Source: Pseudomonas aeruginosa (GTDB taxonomy: Bacteria > Pseudomonadota > Gammaproteobacteria > Pseudomonadales > Pseudomonadaceae). Taken from it: DNA of 32,000 bases. A program made the translations under genes and the position numbers. The stretch lies in the NCBI RefSeq assembly GCF_001457615.1, contig NZ_LN831024.1, positions 2,850,001-2,882,000 on the forward strand, read 5' to 3'. The notes beneath the pieces are model-generated. The model ran no database searches and had not been told where the DNA came from. It saw nothing but the letters and a program-made list of their open reading frames with translations. Position 1 is the first letter of the stretch. Each line of letters opens with the position of its first letter. Of the stretch, positions 6,980-15,191 are shown piece by piece.

Positions 6980-9291
6980 AGCGCTCGTACCCCGACGATC
7001 TGGTCATCGGCAATCTCAGCCGCCGCGGTTTCCTCAAGGGCGTCGGCGCCACCGGCGTGCTGCTGGTGGCTGCCAACTGGGGCTGGCGCGACGCCCTGGC
7101 CGCCGAGAAGAAGGCCTTTGGCGCCGACGCCATGCCCCACGGCTGGGTGGACAACCCGAAGATCTACGTGAGCATCGACCGGGACGGCACGGTCGGCATC
7201 GTCTGCAACCGCTCGGAAATGGGCCAGGGCGTGCGCACCAGCCTGGCGATGGTGGTGGCCGACGAGCTGGAGGCCGACTGGAGCCGGGTCAAGGTGATCC
7301 AGGCGCCCGGCGACGAAGCGCGCTACGGCAACCAGGACACCGATGGCTCGCGCAGCATGCGCCATTGGTTCGAACCCATGCGCCGCTGCGGTGCGGCGGC
7401 GCGACAGATGCTCGAACAGGCCGCGGCCAACCAGTGGAAGGTCCCGCTGGGCGAGTGCCGCGCCGAACAGAACAAGGTGCTGCATGCGCCCAGCGGCCGT
7501 TCGCTGTCCTTCGGCGAACTGGCCGAGGCCGCCGCGGGTCTCGAAGTGCCGGCGCGCGACAAGCTGCTGCTGAAGAAGCCCGAGCAGTTCCGCTACATCG
7601 GCAAGGACGTGGCGCGCGCCATCGACGGCGCCGATATCGTCAATGGCCGCGCCGGCTTCGGCTTCGACGCGCGCTTCGACGACATGCTCTACGCCGTGGT
7701 CGCCCGGCCGCCGGTCTACGGCGGCAAGCTCAAGCGCTACGACGCCGCCGCGGCGCTGAAGGTGCCGGGGGTGGTCAAGGTGATCGAGATCGAGGGCCGG
7801 CCGATCCCGTCCGAGTTCCAGCCGCTGGGCGGGGTCGCCGTGGTGGCGCAGAACACCTGGGCGGCGATCAAGGGGCGCGAGGCGCTGGTGGTCGAGTGGG
7901 ACGCCGGGGTCAACGGCGGCTACGACTCGGTGGCCTACCGCAAGCAACTGGAAGAGGCCGCGCGCAAACCGGGCAAGGTGGTGCGCGACAGCGGCGATGC
8001 CGCGGCGCTGTTCGCCAAGGGTGGGGATATCGTCGAGGCCGAGTACTACCTGCCGCACCTGGCCCAGGCGCCGATGGAACCGCCGGTCTCCACCGCCTGG
8101 TACAAAGACGGCGCCTGCGAGGTCTGGGCCCCGACCCAGGCGCCGCAAGTGACCCGCGAGCGCATCGCCGAGCGCCTGAAACTGCCGTTCGACAAGGTCA
8201 CGGTCAACGTGACCCTGCTCGGCGGCGGTTTCGGCCGCAAGTCCAAGCCCGACTTCGTGCTGGAAGCGGCGATCCTGGCCAAGGCGTTCCCCGGTCGCCA
8301 CCTGCGCGTGCAGTGGACCCGCGAGGACGACCTGCATTTCTCCTATTTCCACACGGTCTCGGTGGAGCGCCTGCAGGCCGTGCTCGGCGCCGACGGGCTG
8401 CCGCAGGCTTGGCTGCATCGCTCGGTGGCGCCGAGCATCACCGCACTGTTCGGCCCGGACAGCAAGCACCAGGGCGCCTTCGAACTGGGCATGGGCCTGA
8501 CCAACCTGCCGTTCGCCATCCCCAACGTGCGCCTGGAGAACCCCGAGGCCCCGGCGCACACCCGGGTCGGCTGGTTCCGCTCGGTCTCCAACATTCCCCA
8601 CGCCTTCGCCATCCAGAGCTTCGTCGGCGAACTGGCGGCGAAGGCCGGCCAGGACCCGAAGGACTACCTGCTCAAGCTGCTCGGCCCGGCGCGGCGAATC
8701 GACACCGCCGAACTCGGCGACAGCTGGAACTACGGCGAGTCGCCGGAGCGCTACCCGCTCGATGTCGGCCGCCTGCGCGGGGTGATCGAGGAGGCGGCGC
8801 GCCAGTCCGGCTGGGGCGGCGAGCTGCCCAGGGGCAGGGCGCGGGGAATCGCCGCGCACTACAGCTTCGTCACCTACGTGGCGGTGGTGATCGAGGTGGA
8901 GGTGAAGGACGACGGCGCGCTGCTGGTGCACAAGGCCACCATCGCCGCCGACTGCGGTCCGCAGATCAACCCCGAGCGCATCCGCTCGCAGCTCGAAGGC
9001 GCCTGCGTGATGGGCCTGGGCCTGGCGGCGCTGGGCGAGATCAGCTTCAAGGATGGCAAGGTCCAGCAGGACAACTTCCACCAGTACGAGCTGGCGCGCA
9101 TGCCGCTGGCGCCCAAGGCGGTGTCGGTGCATCTGCTCAAGCCGGATGGCGACCTGCCGTTGGGCGGGGTCGGCGAGCCCGGCGTGCCGCCGATAGCGCC
9201 GGCGCTGTGCAACGCGATCTTCGCCGCCACCGGCAAGCGCATTCGCGAGTTGCCGATCCGCAATCAGTTGCAGGGGTGGCGGAAGGCCTAG
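6976..9291 (+). CDS. Molybdopterin-binding large subunit (IorB / aldehyde dehydrogenase type, 771 aa) with twin-arginine signal
   Basis: The ATG at 6976 overlaps the upstream TGA. The N-terminus is [29 protein letters not shown], a Tat motif (RRxFLK). Xanthine-dehydrogenase-family a/b hammerhead and MoCo-binding-like sequence continues to the end. Confidence 0.9.
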   Translation: MKRSYPDDLVIGNLSRRGFLKGVGATGVLLVAANWGWRDALAAEKKAFGADAMPHGWVDNPKIYVSIDRDGTVGIVCNRSEMGQGVRTSLAMVVADELEADWSRVKVIQAPGDEARYGNQDTDGSRSMRHWFEPMRRCGAAARQMLEQAAANQWKVPLGECRAEQNKVLHAPSGRSLSFGELAEAAAGLEVPARDKLLLKKPEQFRYIGKDVARAIDGADIVNGRAGFGFDARFDDMLYAVVARPPVYGGKLKRYDAAAALKVPGVVKVIEIEGRPIPSEFQPLGGVAVVAQNTWAAIKGREALVVEWDAGVNGGYDSVAYRKQLEEAARKPGKVVRDSGDAAALFAKGGDIVEAEYYLPHLAQAPMEPPVSTAWYKDGACEVWAPTQAPQVTRERIAERLKLPFDKVTVNVTLLGGGFGRKSKPDFVLEAAILAKAFPGRHLRVQWTREDDLHFSYFHTVSVERLQAVLGADGLPQAWLHRSVAPSITALFGPDSKHQGAFELGMGLTNLPFAIPNVRLENPEAPAHTRVGWFRSVSNIPHAFAIQSFVGELAAKAGQDPKDYLLKLLGPARRIDTAELGDSWNYGESPERYPLDVGRLRGVIEEAARQSGWGGELPRGRARGIAAHYSFVTYVAVVIEVEVKDDGALLVHKATIAADCGPQINPERIRSQLEGACVMGLGLAALGEISFKDGKVQQDNFHQYELARMPLAPKAVSVHLLKPDGDLPLGGVGEPGVPPIAPALCNAIFAATGKRIRELPIRNQLQGWRKA

Positions 9292-9514
9292 GTCCTTCGT
9301 CCTGGTCGTCGCCTGCGTGAGTTCGCGCGAGCGCAGGCGATGGATCAGGTTCTACGCGGAAGTCGTTGTCGAAGAAGAGTTTTCCGTGCCGTCGTCCTTC
9401 CCTGGCAGAGGCCTGTCGGCGGATAACGCGGGTGGCCTCGTTCGCCCTGCGCAGCGAAGGCGGCAAGCGGACGCCAGGGCGGACAACGGGTAGCGTTATG
9501 CGCCGCCTTGTCGT

Positions 9515-9597
9515 CTCAACTTAAAGTGAATTCTAGTATTTTATTTATCTTATTAATCAATAAGATAAATCGTTTATTAAAAGTATTTTATAAGAAG
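9515..9597. other. Extremely AT-rich patch containing a perfect 12-bp A/T hairpin (9543-9554 / 9559-9570, loop AATC)
   Basis: My hand count for 9541-9600 is 10 G+C out of 60. ATTTATCTTATT-AATC-AATAAGATAAAT was verified base by base. It lies in the 416-bp gap between two convergent 3' ends. Confidence 0.6.
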
Positions 9598-9707
9598 TGG
9601 GGGTCTTCCCAGCCGCTCCAGGGCGCCTGCTTGCCGTCGAAACCGGATTGGCAATTCTCCAGGATCGACGACCCCGCGTCGTCCGTGCGCGAGGCCGTCA
9701 TGGCGGT

Positions 9708-10913
9708 TCAGTAGATCGGCAGGTCCGGTTCGGGCAGGGCGACGATGTCGTTCGCCGTCAGCCCCAGCAGGCTCATCAGCGCCGGGTCGCGCAACGGCGA
9801 CTCGCCGCGTACCGGGCCGAAGATTTGCGCCATGTGCCTGCGCAGGCTGGCCACCCGTTGGCGATCGGCCATCCAGCGGGTGAAATCGTGCACGTCGACG
9901 TTCTTCAGCGACTCCAGTGGCGGCAGCCCAGGCGCTTCGCCGACGTCGGCGCGGGCGCGCCAGCCGCCGTAGCTGGACTGGAACTCGGCCGAGCCCAGGT
10001 AGGACAGCAGCAGCTTGGCCGTGGCCGGATGACGGGCGGCCTTGAAGATCGCCGCGCGCTGGTTCCAGACGATGAACGGCTCGTCGGTCGGGATGAAGTA
10101 GCCGGCCGGCGTATCGCTGTCGGTCGCATAGCCGGTCAGGTTGCCCAGCGAACCGATGGAGTCGGTGCCCACCGAGGCCGCCGGCGCCGCCGTGCCGCGC
10201 AGGAAGTTCGGCTTCTGCGCCGCCAGGGCGCGCAGGAAACCGCTGCCGTAGCGCCGTTCCAGCTTGTCGTAGACGTACAGCACCGCATCGTCGTCATGGG
10301 GATAGGTCAGCACCAGCTTGCCCTTGAAGGCCGGCTTCAGGTAATCGGCGAAGCGCGTCGGATAGCGCTCCGCTGGCAGCCGGACGGAAGCGTAGGTCGG
10401 CACGAAGGCGTTGTTGTAGGCCGTGACATAGGCGCCGTCGGGATCGGCGTAGCCTTTCTTCTGCCGGGCGAAGCCGACCGGCTTGTAGCGCAGCAGCACG
10501 TCGCGGGCCTTCCATCTGTCGAAATCGAAGGTGGTTTGCAGCATCGCCACGTCCGGCGTCAGGGTGCCGGCGGCGAGTTCCTGGTCGATGCGCAGGTCGT
10601 GGAACTTGGAGAGGTCCACCGTGACGTCCAGGGTCACGCCGGGAAAGCGGCTCTCGAAGGCCGTCTTCAACCAGTCCATCTGGTTCGGCGCGTCGCCGCC
10701 GGCCCAGAGCACCACCTTGCCGCCTTCGCCCCGTGCGCGGGCGTAGAGCGAAGCGAGCCTGTCGGTCTCGCCGGGAATGACCAGGGTCGCCCCCACGGTT
10801 TCCGGCCCTAGAGCTGGCTTTCGTGGCAATTTTCCCGCCGTTTCGCTGGCGAACGAAGAAGATGCGAAGACCAGAACCCATGCCGCCATCAGCGGCTTCA
10901 CCCTGTCGATCAT
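9708..10913 (-). CDS. Periplasmic solute-binding protein, family 1 (AfuA/FbpA-like Fe3+-type fold suspected), 401 aa
   Basis: The ATG at 10913 gives MIDRVKPLMAAWVLVFASSSFASE, a signal peptide, and is preceded by AGAGGA. The body resembles ABC-type periplasmic binding proteins. No permease or ATPase gene is adjacent. Confidence 0.75.
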   Translation of the reverse strand: MIDRVKPLMAAWVLVFASSSFASETAGKLPRKPALGPETVGATLVIPGETDRLASLYARARGEGGKVVLWAGGDAPNQMDWLKTAFESRFPGVTLDVTVDLSKFHDLRIDQELAAGTLTPDVAMLQTTFDFDRWKARDVLLRYKPVGFARQKKGYADPDGAYVTAYNNAFVPTYASVRLPAERYPTRFADYLKPAFKGKLVLTYPHDDDAVLYVYDKLERRYGSGFLRALAAQKPNFLRGTAAPAASVGTDSIGSLGNLTGYATDSDTPAGYFIPTDEPFIVWNQRAAIFKAARHPATAKLLLSYLGSAEFQSSYGGWRARADVGEAPGLPPLESLKNVDVHDFTRWMADRQRVASLRRHMAQIFGPVRGESPLRDPALMSLLGLTANDIVALPEPDLPIY

Positions 10914-11113
10914 GTGCCGTTCCTCTGCTGAAAACGAGCGTCGCCGCTCCCGGTGAGGCCGGCGCGCAGGCGCGCCCCTCATGGATGGGACTGGTCCGCC
11001 GCGACGGGCTTCAGCGCCGCGAGGAGACTTCGCGGAAAATCGCGGCAGACTTCTCGTTTCGGCATTCTCGGATGCTTGCGCGGGAACTCCGGGTACGGCC
11101 GCGTGGAACCTGC

Positions 11114-11755
11114 CTAGAAGCCGGCCTTCACCGCCAGCGCCGCGGCGGCCGTCCGCGTGTTCACTTCCAGGGCGCGCAGTAGCGAGGAAACGTGCACGCG
11201 CACGGTGAACGGAGAGATCGACAGCGCGCGGCCGATTTCCTTGTTCGACAGGCCATCGGCGATCAGCCGCAGTACCGCTTGCTGCCGTGGGGTCAGGGCG
11301 TCCAGGAGGGCGCGTTGCCGACTGCCGGCGCTCGACCCGCCGCGCAGGCGCACCACCGGTTCGCCGCTGCCGAGCGTCTGCAACGCCGTGCCGATCTCCC
11401 CGGCCTCCAGGGATTTGCCGAGGTAGCCGTCGGCGCCGGCGGCCAGCACCTCGTCCACCAGACGCGGGTCGTCGAGCATCGAGACGATGACGATTGCGCT
11501 GTGCCGATAGGCGCGACGCAAGCGCTCGATGGACTGGGAGGCGGCGAAGCCGGGAAGCAGCAGGTCGAGGACGAAGAGGGCGGGAGGTTCCGGCGAGACG
11601 CTCGAGGCCAGGCGCAGCACCTCGTCGAAGCTGCCCGCTTCGCTTACGGCGGCTTGCGGGAGGTAGCGGCGGACGACCCGTCTCAGGCCATCGCGGAACA
11701 GGGGATAGTCATCGGCGACGATGACCCGTGCGGGGAGGCTTCTTGTGCTAGGCAT
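11114..11755 (-). CDS. Two-component response regulator, NarL/FixJ (LuxR C-terminal HTH) family, 213 aa
   Basis: The receiver domain has the acidic pair (VADD), an acceptor Asp (FVLDLLLPG), a conserved Ser (VIVSM) and a conserved Lys (YLGKS). The C-terminal LuxR HTH reads [40 protein letters not shown]. Confidence 0.9.
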   Translation of the reverse strand: MPSTRSLPARVIVADDYPLFRDGLRRVVRRYLPQAAVSEAGSFDEVLRLASSVSPEPPALFVLDLLLPGFAASQSIERLRRAYRHSAIVIVSMLDDPRLVDEVLAAGADGYLGKSLEAGEIGTALQTLGSGEPVVRLRGGSSAGSRQRALLDALTPRQQAVLRLIADGLSNKEIGRALSISPFTVRVHVSSLLRALEVNTRTAAAALAVKAGF

Positions 11756-12031
11756 TGTCGTCCCGTCCTTGGGGGCGGCCAGGGTACGGCAACCCCTGCA
11801 TCGACCGGCCGCGGGCCGGCCGGCGAGGGCGCTGCGGGCACCGTTCGATCCGCCGAAAATCCTTTTTCGTCGATCCCTGTCGCGGGGCTCCGCCCCGCAT
11901 CACAGCGGAATTCTAGCGCCGCTGGCGACACGCATGTCGGGCATTCGTCAGAAAAACAGCAAGCCAGCCCCACGGCGAGCGCGATGGGCTGGTCTATCCT
12001 GCTACAACGCCATCGCGCTCGGGAGGACGGC

Positions 12032-12427
12032 ATGGGCTGCCCGCAGGTCTGCGCCGGCGCCACCCTGCAATGCAGCTTCGGGGCGGCGCCGACGGTGCTC
12101 AACGTGTTGCCGCAGAACCGCACCCTGACCAGCGGGATGCCGGCGGCGAACATCATGGACCACATCCCGCTGCTGAACATTCCCACCTTCGGTCTCTGCC
12201 AGAGTCCGGCCAACCCCGTGGTGGCCGCCGCCACCGCCGCCGCCCTCGGCGTACTGACGCCGATGCCGTGCATTCCCGCCACCGCCAGCCCGTGGATCCC
12301 CGGCGGCCCGCCGACCCTGCTGCTGGGCGGGATGCCCGCGCTGGACGCCAATGGCACGCTGATCTGCACCTGGGGCGGGGTGATCAAGATCAGCGTGCCG
12401 GGACAGGTGCAGATGCTGATTCCCTGA
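12032..12427 (+). CDS. DUF4280-type PAAR-like protein (131 aa)
   Basis: The ATG at 12032 follows GGAGG (12022-12026). The sequence CAGATLQCSFGAAP...NIPTFGLCQSP...PCIP...W...LICTWGGVIKI matches my memory of the DUF4280 Cys/Gly pattern. The upstream 280 aa of track ORF 11192..12427 is antisense to the response regulator and implausible. Confidence 0.85.
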   Translation: MGCPQVCAGATLQCSFGAAPTVLNVLPQNRTLTSGMPAANIMDHIPLLNIPTFGLCQSPANPVVAAATAAALGVLTPMPCIPATASPWIPGGPPTLLLGGMPALDANGTLICTWGGVIKISVPGQVQMLIP

Positions 12428-12449
12428 GCGCCGCCTGGCCGATGCGCGC

Positions 12450-12986
12450 CTAGGGCTCCGCCAGCCTGGTCCACCACCAGCGCCAGCGCGCCATGGGCCT
12501 GCCCTCGCTGTCCAGCGGCCGGCCGTCATCGGCGAACGGCTGGGCGCCGTCCAGTAGCTGGCCGTTCAGGTAGCGTCCGTCGAAGGCCAGTTGGCCATTG
12601 CCATGGAAGCGCTGGTAGACCCCGTCGCGCACGCCGTCGCGGTAATGCTCGCGCTCGGCCACCTGGCCGTTGGCGAAATAGTTGAACGCTTCGCCGTGGA
12701 GCAGCCCGTTGCGGTAGTGCGCCTTGCGCTGCAACCAGCCTTCCGCGGCATGGAAACTCGCCGGCCCGTGCAGCTTGCCGTCGACGAAGGCGAGTTGCGC
12801 GGAGACCTTGCCGTTGGGATGGAACAGGGTGCTGGCGCCGTGCAACTGGCCCTGCCGGTAGCCGAGGCTGGCCTGCGGCCTGTCGTGCTCGTCGATGCGC
12901 AACGGGCCTTCCAGGCTGCCGTCGAGCAGGTTGCCGGCGAGATGGCTGTCGCCACGAACCAGGTCGAGCTTGCCGGATGCCGCCAT
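12450..12986 (-). CDS. tseF: MORN-repeat T6SS effector TseF-like protein (178 aa)
   Basis: There are 4-5 tandem repeats of about 23 aa of the form YxxGxxHGxxxxxxxNG (MORN-type). GAGGAG SD lies upstream. It sits 10 nt downstream of vgrG3 on the same strand, matching the position of PA2374/TseF in the H3-T6SS locus. Confidence 0.85.
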   Translation of the reverse strand: MAASGKLDLVRGDSHLAGNLLDGSLEGPLRIDEHDRPQASLGYRQGQLHGASTLFHPNGKVSAQLAFVDGKLHGPASFHAAEGWLQRKAHYRNGLLHGEAFNYFANGQVAEREHYRDGVRDGVYQRFHGNGQLAFDGRYLNGQLLDGAQPFADDGRPLDSEGRPMARWRWWWTRLAEP

Positions 12987-12996
12987 GCGCTTCTCC

Positions 12997-15003
12997 TCAG
13001 TTGACCTTTACCAGGCCGCCCTTGATGGTCAGCATGCCGCCGCCGTCCACCGTCTGTTCGGCGCCGGCCTTGTTGGTCAGGCTGACGCCGGCATCGTTGG
13101 TCAGGCTGGTGCCGGCCTTGTTGGTGAGGGAGGTGCCGGCCTGGTTGGTCAGCGACGTCCCGGCCTTGCTGGTCAGCGAGGTGCCAGCCTGGGCGGCGAG
13201 GTCGGCGTCGCTCTTCAGGGTCAGGCTGCCGCCGCTCTGCAGGGCGAGGGTGCCGCTGACCTTGATGGTCAGGTTGCCGTCCACCGTCAGCTCGAAGTTG
13301 CCGCTGACCTTGTGGCTGTAGTTGCCGCCGGTGCTGTGGGTCTGGTCGGCGCCCACCGTCACCGTGCGCGTGTCCTTCACATCCAGGCTGTCGCTGCCGG
13401 TCTGGATGGTCACCGTGCGCTTGCCTTTCTCCAGGGTGACGGTCTCGTCGCCTTCCTTCACCGTGCGGGTGCGTGCGTTCTGCACCGTCAGGGTCTCGTC
13501 GTGGCCGATGCTGGCGGTGCTGTCGTTGAGCACGTTGACGTTGAGGTCCTTCTGCGCCTGGAGGAAGACCTCCTCGGCGTCCTTCTTGTCCTCGAAGCGC
13601 AGCTCGTTGAAACCGCCGCCGCCCTTCGACGAGTTGGTCTTGATCCCGGACTGCGTCTGGTTGTCCGGCAGCGCGTAGGGCAGGGCGTTGTCGCCGTTGT
13701 AGACGCAGCCGGTGACCAGCGGGCGGTCCGGGTCGCCGTCGATGAAGGTGACGATCACTTCCTGGCCGATGCGCGGCACGAACTGCATGCCGAAGCCCTT
13801 GCCGCTCCAGGGCAGCACCACGCGCACCCAGCACGACGAGGTCTCGTCGTTCTTGCCGTCGCGGTCCCAGGGGAACTGGAGCTTGATCCGGCCGTACTGG
13901 TCGGTCCAGATCTCCTCGCCGGCCTTGCCCACCACCAGGGCGGTCTGGGTGTGCATGCGCGGCTTGGGCGTGACCCGCGCGGGGCGGTAGGCGGTGGCCT
14001 TGGGGATCGCCTCGAAGCGGTTGCGGTAGTGCGCGTGACTGGCGTCATGGGTGACCGAGGTCAGCACCCAGTCGATATTCAGCGAATCGTCGTCATGCCC
14101 GCTGAGGGTGAACCAGTGGCCGGGCACCAGCCAGCGGCAGTCGCTCTCGCCGATCAGGCGCGTCTCCTGGCTGCGCAGGCCGTCGATGCGTTGCTTGGTC
14201 AGGCTGTCGCCCTGGGCCTTGGCGGTGTAGCCGCCGGGGTGCTGGTAGACGCCGGCGGCGCCGGAAACCGCCTCGGCCTGGGAGTACAGCGAGGTGCCCG
14301 GGGTGGTGAACTCGTAGTCGGTGGCGCTGTAGGTCCCGGATACCGCCTGGAGGCTGTACTGCGCCGAACGCACGCCCTGCAACTCGCGCACGCCGATTCC
14401 TTGGCCCAGGTAGGCCACTTGCGGGCCGTTGGGAATCGGCGGGAAGGCGTCGTTGCTGTCGGCCAGCACCAGGGTGTGCTTGCCGGCGGCATGGGTGAAG
14501 AACCAGAAGATGCCGTCTTCCTCCAGCAGCCGCGAGACGAAGGCGAGGTCGCTCTCGCCGTACTGCACGCAGTATTCGCGGGGCTGGTAGCTGCCGCTGA
14601 GCTGCAACTGGTAGTCGCTGAAGCCGTGCTGGTCGAAGACCTGGGTGACGATGTCGCTGGTGGCCAGGTTCTGGAACACCCGGTTGTTGCTGGCCAGCGT
14701 CAGCCACCAGAGCCAGGGGCGCAACAGCACCTGGTAGCGCTCGGCGCTGGCATCGCCGGGGAGTTGGCGGATCTCCGCGACCAGGCCGTCGAGCGGACGC
14801 TGGTCGGCGTCGTTGTGCAGGGTGGCGGTGAGATGGGTGGCCACCGCATTGCTCAACGTCAGCGCGGTGGCGCTGTAGCCGCCGAGCGTCAGGCTGCCCA
14901 GCTCGTTCAACGCCTCGCCCCCGGAAAGCGTCTGGGGGTAAAGATCACCCAGGGTGGAGGCGCTGAGGGAGAGGGTGGTATTGGTGTCGGTGGGACGGGG
15001 CAT
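12997..15003 (-). CDS. vgrG3: VgrG spike protein, non-evolved (no C-terminal effector domain), 668 aa
   Basis: gp27-like and gp5-like regions are present (...VRVVLPWSGKGFGMQFVPRIGQEVIVTFIDGDPDRPLVTGCVYNG...). The C-terminal beta-helix repeat region ends ...MLTIKGGLVKVN. Confidence 0.95.
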   Translation of the reverse strand: MPRPTDTNTTLSLSASTLGDLYPQTLSGGEALNELGSLTLGGYSATALTLSNAVATHLTATLHNDADQRPLDGLVAEIRQLPGDASAERYQVLLRPWLWWLTLASNNRVFQNLATSDIVTQVFDQHGFSDYQLQLSGSYQPREYCVQYGESDLAFVSRLLEEDGIFWFFTHAAGKHTLVLADSNDAFPPIPNGPQVAYLGQGIGVRELQGVRSAQYSLQAVSGTYSATDYEFTTPGTSLYSQAEAVSGAAGVYQHPGGYTAKAQGDSLTKQRIDGLRSQETRLIGESDCRWLVPGHWFTLSGHDDDSLNIDWVLTSVTHDASHAHYRNRFEAIPKATAYRPARVTPKPRMHTQTALVVGKAGEEIWTDQYGRIKLQFPWDRDGKNDETSSCWVRVVLPWSGKGFGMQFVPRIGQEVIVTFIDGDPDRPLVTGCVYNGDNALPYALPDNQTQSGIKTNSSKGGGGFNELRFEDKKDAEEVFLQAQKDLNVNVLNDSTASIGHDETLTVQNARTRTVKEGDETVTLEKGKRTVTIQTGSDSLDVKDTRTVTVGADQTHSTGGNYSHKVSGNFELTVDGNLTIKVSGTLALQSGGSLTLKSDADLAAQAGTSLTSKAGTSLTNQAGTSLTNKAGTSLTNDAGVSLTNKAGAEQTVDGGGMLTIKGGLVKVN
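13069..13188 (-). repeat. Five tandem 24-bp repeats encoding the octapeptide AGTSLT(N/S)x within the VgrG3 C-terminal beta-helix
   Basis: Protein residues 606-645 read AGTSLTSK AGTSLTNQ AGTSLTNK AGTSLTND AGVSLTNK. The DNA shows the corresponding periodic GGTCAG...GCCGGC units. Confidence 0.85.
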
Positions 15004-15191
15004 TAGTGTGCCTTGTCATGCCAGCCCGAAGGAATGATGAATAACCTCAAGACGACCTTCATCCCGATTTTTCCATCCACGTATAGATCACCGGAAAATG
15101 ATCGCTCCTCATCGGTTGGCCAAGTATTGTCGAGGAACTCCAGCTTTTCCCAAAAGGCCATCGAATGAGTGGATGTGGATTGGTTGTCCAT
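15003..15191 (-). CDS. Candidate small ORF (62 aa) stop/start-coupled to vgrG3; possibly the distal part of a frameshifted gene
   Basis: Its TAA stop overlaps the vgrG3 ATG (TAATG, 15001-15005). It has the low GC of the island. The SD is weak. A second ORF (15059..15250, another frame) overlaps it. Confidence 0.3.
   Translation of the reverse strand: MDNQSTSTHSMAFWEKLEFLDNTWPTDEERSFSGDLYVDGKIGMKVVLRLFIIPSGWHDKAH

Noticed and set aside
6469-9291. A single 940-aa ORF that appears to fuse the region of the 2Fe-2S gene with the molybdopterin subunit.
   Set aside because: The first roughly 170 codons are an alternative frame of the 2Fe-2S gene and read as Arg/Pro/His-rich nonsense. The real start is the ATG at 6976, which has a Tat signal and an ATGA overlap with the upstream gene.
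9559-9582. A possible Fur box inside the AT-rich patch (AATAAGATAAATCGTTTATTAAAA).
   Set aside because: The best hand alignments gave only 6-8/19 matches to the Fur consensus. The resemblance is just A/T richness.
9508-9714. A 68-aa ORF starting with TTG in the AT-rich patch. Its hydrophobic N-terminus (SSILFILLINKINRLLKVFYKKW) superficially resembles a type I toxin peptide.
   Set aside because: It has a non-ATG start and no SD. Its second half is antisense to the 3' end of the solute-binding-protein gene. The hydrophobic, Lys-rich composition is what any frame of A/T-rich DNA yields.
11192-12031. A 280-codon N-terminal extension of the DUF4280 ORF (track ORF 11192..12427).
   Set aside because: It runs antisense through the response-regulator gene and the intergenic region. 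The DUF4280 domain begins right at the ATG at 12032, which has its own GGAGG.
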